From Hyalangium minutum (GTDB lineage Bacteria > Myxococcota > Myxococcia > Myxococcales > Myxococcaceae): a stretch of DNA of 64,000 bases. The notes beneath the pieces were generated by a model. That model did not search any database. It saw nothing but the letters and a program-made list of their open reading frames with translations, and had not been told where the DNA came from. The stretch is from assembly GCF_000737315.1 (NCBI RefSeq), contig NZ_JMCB01000003.1, forward strand, positions 217,394 to 281,393, written 5' to 3'. Each line of letters starts with the position of its first letter. Positions within the stretch are counted from its first letter, which is position 1. Both the position numbers and the translations under genes were made by a program. This document shows, in pieces, positions 42,701 through 47,522 of the stretch.

Positions 42701-44768
42701 GCGGCAGTATGGCTGGGACGCAGGAGGGCGGCTCGCTTCGACCAAGCGGATCACCGCGCAGGAGACGGTCGAAGCCTCATATGCGTATGGCTTTGACGGA
42801 CTGCGGCGGACTCGGACCGTGAACGGAGTGAGCACCCGGTATGTGTGGGGTGCGAACGAAGAGCTGCTCGAAGAAGGGCCGGCTGTGGGAAGTCGGCTGT
42901 TGTATGCCCAGGCAGGCTTCGGAGCGGTGGCGGCGGGAGGAGAGCGGCTGCTGCGGGATGCGCTGGGCAGTGTCGTGGGGCGCGTGGGTCCGTCCACGGA
43001 GCTGTCTCGCTATGGCGCGTGGGGCGCACTCCGGCAGGGAGCGCCGCCCCAGGGCATGGAACCGTCCCTGGCCTACGCGGGGCAATCTCTCGACAGCGAA
43101 ACAGGGCTGAGCTACGCGCAGCAGCGTTGGTACAGCTCGGAGACCGGGCGTTTCCTCTCGGAGGATCCCCTGGGAGCGGCGGCGTACCTCTCGACCCCGA
43201 CCGAGCTGAACCCCTGGCTCTATGCGAGGTCCAATCCCCTGACGTACCTGGATCCCTCGGGTTTGTGGTCCTGGTCTCAGGCTGGAGTGGGGCTGGCCAG
43301 AGCTGGCAGGAAAGCCTGGCATGAAACGGCCAATGCTTTCTCGTGGGCCGCTCGTCCTCTGAACGGCGCGTTCGGAGTGTCCTCGGGACACTACGACAAG
43401 AAGGGACGATGGAGGCTTCGGGATACAGGCACCTTCAAAGAGGAGGCGAAGAAGCAGCTCAAGCAGATCAAGGAGGTCGCGGAGTACGTGAAGGACCACC
43501 CGGTGGAGACGGTGACTGGGCTGGTGGTGGAGCCGGCGAAGGCGATCGGTACCGGGATTGCGGCCTGTGTCGTCGGCGCGACGACGCAGGGCGTGGTGGG
43601 CGACGAGGCGAGCCGTGACTGTGGCGAGATGCTCCCGAAGGCGATCGGATCGGTAGCGGGCACTTTCTCCGGGGCAGGCGCGGCGATCCGGACCGCAGGA
43701 CGCGTCCGGCGTGCCGCGGCAGATATGCGTACGGCCATGAGGAGGAGCGTCTCGGCCGCTGATGACATGGCCAGGACGAGGCTGGGCCCGCAGCGCGGAT
43801 GGCCTGACGAGGCCCCGAAGCCCGCGAGGGCCGGCGCCAATGACTGCGCGGGTGGGGTCTGCCAACGCCCAGGACAATGCTTCGTGGCGGGCACTCCCGT
43901 CCTGACCCAGGAAGGTCTCAAGCCCATTGAGCAGATTGTCGAAGGGGAACTGGTCTGGTCACGTAACGAGGAGACGGGCCAATCGGATTGGCGGCCCGTG
44001 GTGCGGACGTTCGTGACGCCGGACCAGCCAGTGCTGAGACTGGAGCTGACGGACGAGGCCGGTCAGCGCACCGTGCTGGGAGTGACTGGGGAGCACCCGT
44101 TCTGGGTGAAAGACCTGGGATGGGTGGGAGCGTCGTCGCTGCTCCCCGGTCAGCAGGTGGCCAGCGCGCACGGAGGATGGCTCAAGGTGGGGGCCGCGAC
44201 GTGGGAGCAGGCGCGCGCCACCGTCTTCAACTTCGAAGTGGAGGAATTCCACACCTACTTCGTGGGCGACGTCGGCGCGTGGGTCCACAACAGCTGTCAG
44301 CAGCCATGGTTGTTCGCGGCGGGACAGGGGGATGTGTACACGCTCCTGGAGAAATTCAGGAAGACTCACACGTTAGGGAAAGCGGAGACCTTTGCGCTGG
44401 CAATGCTGGAGAGTGGTGAGCGTGCATTTGGAATCAACTCGGGTTTGTTCAAGGGCAGGGATTCCCGGATTCATGGCTTTGAAATGTTGAGGGAGCACGG
44501 GTTGCTGAAGAAAGCCACCATATACAGTCAGGAGCCCTTCCTGCTGCACGCAGAGGCTCTGGCGGTCATTCGTCTGTGGGAGCGGCTGCAGGGCAAAGAC
44601 CTTTCACTGATTCGGCTGTACGTCGACAACCCAACCTGCAAGCTGTGTCTGAGCGGCCTTCCCAGACTGCAAGTGGCGCTTGGGATCAAACGCTTGGAGA
44701 TTTATGGCCCGGGAACCATTCACATCAGCAAGCCGTCTCTCCACCCCATTGACCTTCTCAAGAATTGA
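30720..44768 (+). CDS. RHS/YD-repeat polymorphic toxin lipoprotein (4,682 aa). Layout: signal/lipobox, Ig-like domains, carboxypeptidase-regulatory-like plug, about 1,200 aa of unknown function, YD-repeat shell, RHS core (DPSGL), glycine-zipper linker, Hint domain, C-terminal deaminase-like toxin.
   Basis: The ATG at 30720 overlaps the PPIase TGA (ATGA) and is preceded by GGGGGAGG. The N-terminus MIRRAPRWLWLVLGLVTLATACD is a lipoprotein signal. Many YD repeats are present (YTYDARGNVLER, YEYDAAGRQW, YAYDGLDQL...). The RHS-associated core reads RWYSSETGRFLSEDPLG...NPWLYARSNPLTYLDPSGL. It ends at TGA 44766-44768. Confidence 0.9.
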   Translation: MIRRAPRWLWLVLGLVTLATACDRRSSEEPASAAPPAQAAQQAQALSGSTCDSVAPTGMAPGWKVAPIQAAGQNVASTIFPASVGERAILILQESAEALNQEFKTEASLNGVDWVAISRQRPLAARVVQLSASNRLELETNGGVARTSVAALSPLPCAAVEARVTHAGGSAATVETRTFTWPMGAGPALLVVESGSASQVTGRVVLGSLTVQVPAAGQLPVVEVVSPQASNTLRVEVGGSAGAWVRAVVVEPDMLPPIVSMGQPAEGAQLNASPVEVQGTAGAGAVAVKVGAVDAVLSQGQYTAQVPLVEGPNALVAEVRDQCGNVARVCRPVVLTTAPPTVVIEGVTDGQVSREPLHPTWTVTSSGPVTVEATLDGAPFVGGTAVTAEGSHELRVMVRDAAGREAQAQVGFAIDTTPPRLTLTGVEEGERRNTPAVLGFTVEEEHPGSVEATLDGAPMASGDTVSAEGAHVWTVAATDAAGNRSEVQRHFVVDVTAPTLEVLSPAPGSFTQAGSVEVVVAAADDGPVAGVWLGNAELTLGTDGKYRSLVVLEEGSNLLVLVARDAAGNSAQSSLAVTRDSTPPQLTLTTPAEGAKVAGDSVQVEGQAQDTTPLTVRVAGMTAAVAADGHFQLSVAVAQGPVSLEVVATDAAGNTARLVRGIRVNTTPPRLDLTAPASGTVTEESSIEVSGFARAADRTDTVRVEVAGTEHGVRADGSFSVQVPLEVGLNTVSVTAVDGYGLRTPRTVRVERQGPQGPGPGDGGSGDGSGGGTDGGSGEDTPDAGSGAPDAGSPGPVPDGGIPSEPPVLVLASPQENSLWGVERVSVLGRVEGGDLPLQVTVDGLPAAVTGRQFSASVALPEGSSMLHVRAVDALGRIAEVRRQVRVDQTPPFLEVTRPEQPSTTVSESPYLVEGLAGDAYLAGVTVNGAPVMVLAGHFSSSVALVAGDNTVEVEAVDLAGNRSRAVRTLRVEALPPQLTVLEPVDGSEATEPVVRVTVKVESSAPLDEVRIGTGIAANLGSGQYTAQVPLALGENVIPVSARDTLGMTGSATVRVRYRDPSTEPLTVTGVDPSDQATELEPDTLVNVAFNKAVKPASVRAGFTVSVEGQPLAGGWSVAHGAQIVSFIARDPLPEGATLQVRVAGVEPVQGPGMQGEFRSMFTVRRPLTRLRGQVVDARREPVSGVRVEVEGQGLFTRTGADGNWALFGVQPGQVVLRYEGGASSEGQVFPTVRRRFAVEAERDNEESTVVLTPVDAESAEPVDTSLPLHLTFGGRHGALEVDIPAGGLILEGGSTRGLVTLTQLPLHSLPVPTEGALRPVVVWQLQPAGTRLVRPVVLRLPNRLSAPPGSRAALFTYDPEAHRLHIAGLATLSADGTQLVSDGVLEAGSLEYFGYLPLPEESSVARAGAVSPRVANLGPLPRPPSDGLIRPLTQGFGLDPGSALAIWDSYQPFIAPAAVMGTVRGPREQAVALDLSSPSLGESRRVALDSQLRYRMPLSVQARSLYPLSSSGRDSLVLALEGVGPEGQRLGPPSGGSWRQESPQGQRAELSTQVELSLGTSSLWATGTTARGRNVLRLNAELSLADGGVPDGGATSGLLRVQRGDGGSAGGEDSEGLVRFAGMPVRVTDGWHEGGSISGPAGRYAASIIMLQSSWIPPASVLACVRLPIGWNVQSWVAWDGRVRTRKAPSTAEECSGPWEVLAWPSPIIPDIDVLVDVRWLHGNITFVDRQGEPLPPPCSDLVVRQGTEVTGLSQDAVRSTEVHFFREDNLSTPIVSYAVADPEQCDSYPGAPHGRYAKVRYGPSTLSRVASRRDSQRLLPGDRLVVFAVNHATGYSGMEVVTVPSVNQSSRAEDGSCPADDAAGGPMAVQDGSRTVSVSRCTLQDLGIEADLKLYPPEIDVRVERQSRAEGSSQEALEPSLVRHKGAATTRDNFVSVATHWRVRRQPARSWDPGVLPPVNSSCEGGSQAAGSTCAPQILLDEGPRGTWAEHYCGELPEPRTPEQQALCLKDDRELAEVPVGVPPLAGRVVRITGSAVEEPAVASFHVAPGRSTTTVQTALRRVERDGREVVLNNLTRAYYYVQVVGHPVLPRDRNSDGTLDPSEENAPPPDFEDDEDAPGIPEGVVTLKSVYRSVEPEGRIERYDRALEHEFRVMEVGSSRVTARTERGEERPLPQPGQPPSSAAASPEDVAYQFLLNLLEPEDPGRTGPPSSQYVLRLGTDSFGIECPIELNASAGTLRGTCEGEYLPEVLSAGDVLYLEVYLRGNAENVLYRFNFDGLSMREDYLGASSRFTAHRAVEQQNGKPVEDRPISRLNEAHFFLSPHELSSGRIRLCTNAECSGDGAVIKDATVLWTAAGSYAVSEQATGSAPGRLVQEVTSGAGNARHLRLGLPASVTAMPGIAAAGAGIFLVKDSESPPRARQVERLGTPKGRFQGLNAQAPGQEAVAGINVADLHLALTHTDFAVPQLAGEVSFSRTYANQNDLPSPMGVGWRHELDGFVLEESLGRYVVNLGGQAWGFIRCTTVDEEAQTASGCMTDKTHGMSLKVDSEGVQLTTEQGSVYRFNRPAVKRDQEGRRKWLLTKFHDGHGRGEQDGWTHLTYAEGTNRLTQAKRTPGELSLELKYCEDFSREDCDGVAPDAPGNLKFLARSEGFKLLKGVVLKNSQGQELHIVRFKHDRWGNLLEAERTTDPPTQKWKYTYAPIADDVPSMMAWRAINELSEARLEVAGHPQWVATYGRGGAECYAHLEAFECVSSVTQTGFMGNVLQVQGEAGHRQLKLPTGNSAEVSLNEYGNVTSSASEGQAARRLTWPSSQRGGEVRLEKSVSPSGRTLRYGTDHQLRLDEVKLEGSSDVVGLEAGALVSVLARDARGLPTSGKLSTANGPAEWSMPRSQSGDVLGLSLGGTQLFSRVTDEEGRITSERDALGNTTTFTFGALGLPVRIQVSSDSATSGLVRYTLVLEYDAYGRLIRRFNETTGEAESWRYDGQGNMLEHTLTGEPSERWTYTYTYGDQRLTVVERLEGTAYTRTALFEQGLLKSEQLSYGTGNASRAYEYEGGRLKKKTDELSVTWEYTYDSAGRLKVVKANGRTVESYGLDEDGILISTTDREGHTTQIGNDSLGRPVSWTYEDGYKEEVRRDAQGAIVWEKKMSPGADRAHVFAQEVDALGQVLSRRSAENGSGVEIVSTYDAAGRVRTREDRGRGLNESFEYGDVLGRLTRYQRTVASAAGSQNWIETRQYVDEGGRTELRILRQIDTGLGPRQENQVLVLDALGRVLKDQRLGAGVFEYTYDARGNVLERRHSVLGTTSYTYDGLGNLLSMTEPGGVTTTYTVDAAGRVLTQEGPHDQERWTFTYDLFDRPLTQVLAQAGSSPQAAWSFEYPGNGIVIETDPLSIATTRRFNSRELLLSEERGSQTAEYAYDGTWPRLHLISHEGSERKLTRSFDDLGRPLQQVEFWKQGDHSYTYSTTTAWTGRRGTRQERWEATDASVRTLTATIRVDGLGNLIEQEQGGLTDAWAYDAAGLLAREALAGRPEKRFFYEQDRLVRMENGSETTLYEYDAAGRQWKETDPSGRERTRVYNAQGLVASERFGAGETLESAYTYDRGGGLRTLTRGGAQWNFTHGPRGELQAVELPGGLGTFTYQYDALLQLKGVTPPEGGGAAAQTFAYDNWGRQLRRTRGSSVWSTAWQGGLSTTSDPNGDVVEQLYDGRGRVVRERFAPGNSSRPFHDLTAVTYAYDGLDQLLLAQESRISGAVSNVYDYDGRSRLISMRRGSEEISYTYTESGQKRTVTSPSGTLRYEYDAQDRVRRIESSQGPVVAVGWEPGGLLSEVSGNGVVERYAYWGHGLIRSIASQWDGPSAGTLRYEYGYDVRGNRLEERYTAPGATAFEVTQFGYDAADRLTGVRYPTGEAELYLLAADGSRLEEKHLQGYSGGLTPQALANATNATQHWRYAYDTAGGLQRIDDVLTGGVEAQVTTDAGGRVVAEMRGGTTRQYGWDAGGRLASTKRITAQETVEASYAYGFDGLRRTRTVNGVSTRYVWGANEELLEEGPAVGSRLLYAQAGFGAVAAGGERLLRDALGSVVGRVGPSTELSRYGAWGALRQGAPPQGMEPSLAYAGQSLDSETGLSYAQQRWYSSETGRFLSEDPLGAAAYLSTPTELNPWLYARSNPLTYLDPSGLWSWSQAGVGLARAGRKAWHETANAFSWAARPLNGAFGVSSGHYDKKGRWRLRDTGTFKEEAKKQLKQIKEVAEYVKDHPVETVTGLVVEPAKAIGTGIAACVVGATTQGVVGDEASRDCGEMLPKAIGSVAGTFSGAGAAIRTAGRVRRAAADMRTAMRRSVSAADDMARTRLGPQRGWPDEAPKPARAGANDCAGGVCQRPGQCFVAGTPVLTQEGLKPIEQIVEGELVWSRNEETGQSDWRPVVRTFVTPDQPVLRLELTDEAGQRTVLGVTGEHPFWVKDLGWVGASSLLPGQQVASAHGGWLKVGAATWEQARATVFNFEVEEFHTYFVGDVGAWVHNSCQQPWLFAAGQGDVYTLLEKFRKTHTLGKAETFALAMLESGERAFGINSGLFKGRDSRIHGFEMLREHGLLKKATIYSQEPFLLHAEALAVIRLWERLQGKDLSLIRLYVDNPTCKLCLSGLPRLQVALGIKRLEIYGPGTIHISKPSLHPIDLLKN
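43878..44297 (+). other. Hint (Hedgehog/intein-like, pre-toxin HINT) domain inside the RHS protein.
   Basis: It starts CFVAGTPVLTQEGLKPIEQIV and ends VGDVGAWVHNSC. This is the canonical Cys-1 ... His-Asn-(Cys/Ser) intein/Hint boundary arrangement, about 140 aa long. Confidence 0.7.
44298..44765 (+). other. C-terminal toxin domain of the RHS protein; candidate nucleic-acid deaminase (CDA fold).
   Basis: LLHAEALAV (HAE at 44547-44555) is followed about 27 aa later by NPTCKLC (PCxxC at 44631-44648). This is the zinc-binding H[AC]E ... PCxxC signature of the cytidine/nucleotide deaminase superfamily. It sits at the extreme C-terminus after RHS core and Hint, the typical toxin position. Confidence 0.6.
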
Positions 44769-44780
44769 CCCGGCATATAG

Positions 44781-46247
44781 CTATTGCGCCTGCGGATTCT
44801 GAGTCGTGGGCGGGCGCGCTCGTTCCCAAGCAGGGTCGTAGCACTCCTCCTGCCACTGGTAGGTATCGTCGCTGCATGGCGGTCTCTTGTCGGCCACGCG
44901 CACCCAGCAGCCGCCATGAATGATTTTCTCCCAGTCTCGCTTGCACGGGGGGCGGCGCTGGCCCGGGAGCGGTTGCTTGGGCATGTCCAGGGAGATGGAT
45001 CTGGCCTCAGAGGGAATCGATTGAACTTCCATCCGAGTGGTGAGCGCATCGTCTCCCAATCCGCGGGTACCGGCATCTGGCTCCATGCCCGCATCCAGCG
45101 CTTCAGCACGCGCCGTCTCAGACGGCTTTGCGCTCCACTCGGGAGCCATCCAGCAGGGCCCCACCACCGCCAGAGACATCGTGAGCAGCGCGAGGAGATT
45201 CCTCCAAGGGACGGGCCGAACTTGCTGCCTCGCCTGGAGAGTTCCTGCTTTGTGCTCAGTAGCTTTGGCTGGGGCCGTCTTCGCATCGACGGGCCTCGCG
45301 GGCCCGGCTTGAGTCTGTACCGCAGGCTTCACTGAAGCCCAGAGAGGAACATCCGCTGCGGAACCTAGATGCTCCGCCGAGGTTTCCGCTGCTTGTGCCA
45401 ACTCACTTGCCGTCCCGCGAGCCTCAGGCTCCGCCGCGAGCAGCCGCTCCACCAGCGCCGAGAGCTCAGGCACCACTCGGGGGTTGAGTTCATGCGTGCA
45501 TTGGCGTCGCGCAACTCCACCCTGGATTTGTTTCTTGAGGTCTTCAGGCTCCGTGCCAGGAGGGGGATAGATCCGAGTCAATAACCGGTACAGCGTCACG
45601 CCCAGCGCATAGAGATCGTCCGCCGGGGTGGCGTGGTAGCGCGCTCCCGGCGTGCTCCAGTGTTGCCACTCGAAGCGTAGCGCCTCGGGGCTGCGGTACT
45701 CAGGCGTGTTGGGAGGCAGCACCCGATGGGTGAGTGGGGGAGCGCCCTTCCACGTGCCCGAACCAAAATCCGTGAGCACCGCCCGGCCCTCGGGCTCCAC
45801 AAGAATGTTGTCGCCCTTCAGGTCGCGGTGCAGGCATTCCCCGCGGTGCAACACCTCCAACCCCCATGCCAGCTGGGCCACCACCCGGAGCACTTCGCGG
45901 CTGGTGGGAGTGTGCATCCGCGCCCACTCGTACAGCCGCTGGCCCCGGATCCACTCCATCACCACATAGGGATGCCGGACTCCAGGCTCGGCCTCCCACC
46001 AACCTTGGTCGATGAGTCGAGGCACGGCCGGGTGGCGGGTGCGTCTGAGCAACTCCACCTCCCGTTCGAAGCGCGGGTCATGAGGGAACACCGCCATCTT
46101 CAGTGCCACGGGCGGGGAGCCCGGGTCGTCGGCGCGCCGGGCGCGGAACACGGCGCCGTAGCTGCCCCGGCCGGCATAGCCCTCGATGCGCCAGGGGCCG
46201 ACCAGATCTCCGATGTTCAGCGAGTCAGGTGTCCTCGTGCCCGTCAT
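44781..46247 (-). CDS. Membrane-anchored Ser/Thr protein kinase (Hanks type) with a C-terminal Cys-rich extracytoplasmic domain.
   Basis: Kinase motifs are present: GRGSYGAVF...ALK (gly-loop and VAIK-like), HRDLKGDNILV (catalytic loop), DFGSG, PEYRSPE (APE-like). A TM helix LLALLTMSLAVVGPCW is followed by a 5-Cys tail. Confidence 0.9.
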   Translation of the reverse strand: MTGTRTPDSLNIGDLVGPWRIEGYAGRGSYGAVFRARRADDPGSPPVALKMAVFPHDPRFEREVELLRRTRHPAVPRLIDQGWWEAEPGVRHPYVVMEWIRGQRLYEWARMHTPTSREVLRVVAQLAWGLEVLHRGECLHRDLKGDNILVEPEGRAVLTDFGSGTWKGAPPLTHRVLPPNTPEYRSPEALRFEWQHWSTPGARYHATPADDLYALGVTLYRLLTRIYPPPGTEPEDLKKQIQGGVARRQCTHELNPRVVPELSALVERLLAAEPEARGTASELAQAAETSAEHLGSAADVPLWASVKPAVQTQAGPARPVDAKTAPAKATEHKAGTLQARQQVRPVPWRNLLALLTMSLAVVGPCWMAPEWSAKPSETARAEALDAGMEPDAGTRGLGDDALTTRMEVQSIPSEARSISLDMPKQPLPGQRRPPCKRDWEKIIHGGCWVRVADKRPPCSDDTYQWQEECYDPAWERARPPTTQNPQAQ

Positions 46248-46302
46248 GGCACCGGAGACTACCCAAGGGGTCGCTCGCCGTCATGCCGCTCTTTCAGGTA
46301 GG

Positions 46303-47517
46303 ATGGCGGCGATGGAGAATCTCCCGAGAGAGACGGAGCGTCTCCGGCCGTGGACGGTTCACAGGCGTCTCGCTCTGGCAACCGCTTGGCTCGGGAGTTG
46401 CTTGAGGCCGGGCGGTATGACGGGACTGCACGACCGATTCTTCCGCTACCTCTTCAACCACACCGCGCGCACCGAGGCTTTGCTGCGGCACAACCTGCCC
46501 GCGTTCCTCATGGCCGAGGTGGATTGGCCGTCGCTGCGGCGAGAGTCCGGCACGCTGGTCGACGGCGAGCGCGAGACTCGCAAGGACCTGCTCTTCTCCG
46601 CCCGCTGTCTCCAGTCCGCACCGGAGGAGCCTCCGCACTTCTTTCTCATCGAGCATCAATCCTCGGTGGACCCGTGGATGGCACTGCGGATGCACGACTA
46701 CGCTTGGCGTCTCATCCAGCACTGGCGAGAGCAGCACCCCCAGAGCCGATGGATTCCCGAGGTGACGCCCCTGGTGGTGTACCCCCGGCAAGGTCGGACG
46801 TGGTCAGCGCCCCTGCGGCTGGGTGACCACTATCTGGTGCGAGCGCGCGCGGACAAAGAGGGGCTGCCTTGGATTTTGCGTTCTGGGTACTGGATGGACG
46901 CCGTCTCGAACGAGCAGGAGGCACGGGCTCACGGGGGACCACCGCTGGTTTCTCTGGGATTGCTGGTGCTCAGCTTCGCGGGTACGCGGCAATTGGCGAG
47001 GAGGTTGCCGCACTGGTGCGATCTGTTTGCCCAGGTGTACGCGACAGATGGTCCCCAAACGCTCTATCGCATGGTGCGCTATGTGCACCATCTGGGGGAC
47101 GAGGAGGCCGTTGCGGCAATTCGGCGCGTGCTACATTCCATTATGGAGTCCACAAGGGCGGAGGCGTTCATGCGAACCATGGCAGAGGTGCTCAAAGAGC
47201 GGGGACGCCGCGAGGGGTGGATCGAGGGGAAGGCAGAAGGGAAGGCCGAGGGGAAGGCCGAGGGGAAGGCCGAGGGGAAGGCCGAGGGGAAGGCCGAGGG
47301 GAAGGCCGAGGGGAAGGCCGAGGGGCTCGCCGAGGGAGAGGCCAAGGGCTTGGTCAAGGCTCTCCTCCGCTTGTTAGCGGCACGAGGCCTACGTGTCGAT
47401 GAGGCCTCCCAGGAGCGCATCCAGAATTGCGGCGATGTCGCCACACTGGAGCGCTGGCTCGACCGGGCTCTGAACGCTACGCGGCTCACCGACGTCCTGG
47501 ACGGCCCCGCGCAGTAA
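46303..47517 (+). CDS. Rpn-family (YhgA-like, Transposase_31) PD-(D/E)XK recombination-promoting nuclease/putative transposase with a C-terminal DUF4351-like domain and an internal (EGKA)n repeat.
   Basis: FFLIEHQSSVDPWMALRMHDYAWRLIQHW matches the hallmark LIEHQS...MAFRLL.Y motif of E. coli RpnA-E/YhgA. The N-terminal H-D-x-x-F-(R/K) motif HDRFFRYLF is present. The C-terminus LVKALLRLLAARGLRVDEASQERIQNCGDVATLERWL is DUF4351-like. The start was chosen at the first ATG (46303, MAAMENL) that does not overlap the divergent kinase start. Confidence 0.85.
   Translation: MAAMENLPRETERLRPWTVHRRLALATAWLGSCLRPGGMTGLHDRFFRYLFNHTARTEALLRHNLPAFLMAEVDWPSLRRESGTLVDGERETRKDLLFSARCLQSAPEEPPHFFLIEHQSSVDPWMALRMHDYAWRLIQHWREQHPQSRWIPEVTPLVVYPRQGRTWSAPLRLGDHYLVRARADKEGLPWILRSGYWMDAVSNEQEARAHGGPPLVSLGLLVLSFAGTRQLARRLPHWCDLFAQVYATDGPQTLYRMVRYVHHLGDEEAVAAIRRVLHSIMESTRAEAFMRTMAEVLKERGRREGWIEGKAEGKAEGKAEGKAEGKAEGKAEGKAEGKAEGLAEGEAKGLVKALLRLLAARGLRVDEASQERIQNCGDVATLERWLDRALNATRLTDVLDGPAQ
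47224..47343 (+). repeat. In-frame 12-nt tandem repeat GAGGGGAAGGCC: 8 near-perfect copies plus 2 degenerate copies, encoding (EGKA)8-EGLA-EGEA inside the Rpn-like gene.
   Basis: Read directly: gaggggaaggca gaagggaaggcc (gaggggaaggcc)x6 gaggggctcgcc gagggagaggcc. Confidence 0.9.
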
Positions 47518-47522
47518 TCGCG

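Noticed and set aside
44784-45335. A plus-strand 183-aa ORF immediately downstream of the RHS toxin; candidate immunity gene.
   Set aside because: It lies entirely antisense to the C-terminal exported domain of the Ser/Thr kinase. The kinase frame is continuous with clear kinase motifs. The translation is Arg-rich junk (MRLRILSRGRARSFPSR...) with no hydrophobic core or RBS.
46186-46302. An upstream extension of the Rpn-like ORF (MRQGPTRSPMFSES...) overlapping the kinase start.
   Set aside because: It would overlap 62 nt of the divergent kinase coding start. The first ATG (46303, MAAMENL) has an AGGTAGG-like SD and gives a normal N-terminus ahead of the HDRFF motif.
47224-47343. A tandem 12-nt repeat array; considered as a CRISPR or mini-satellite.
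   Set aside because: The units are contiguous with no spacers, lie in-frame within a coding gene and encode (EGKA)n. It is a coding microsatellite, not a CRISPR array.
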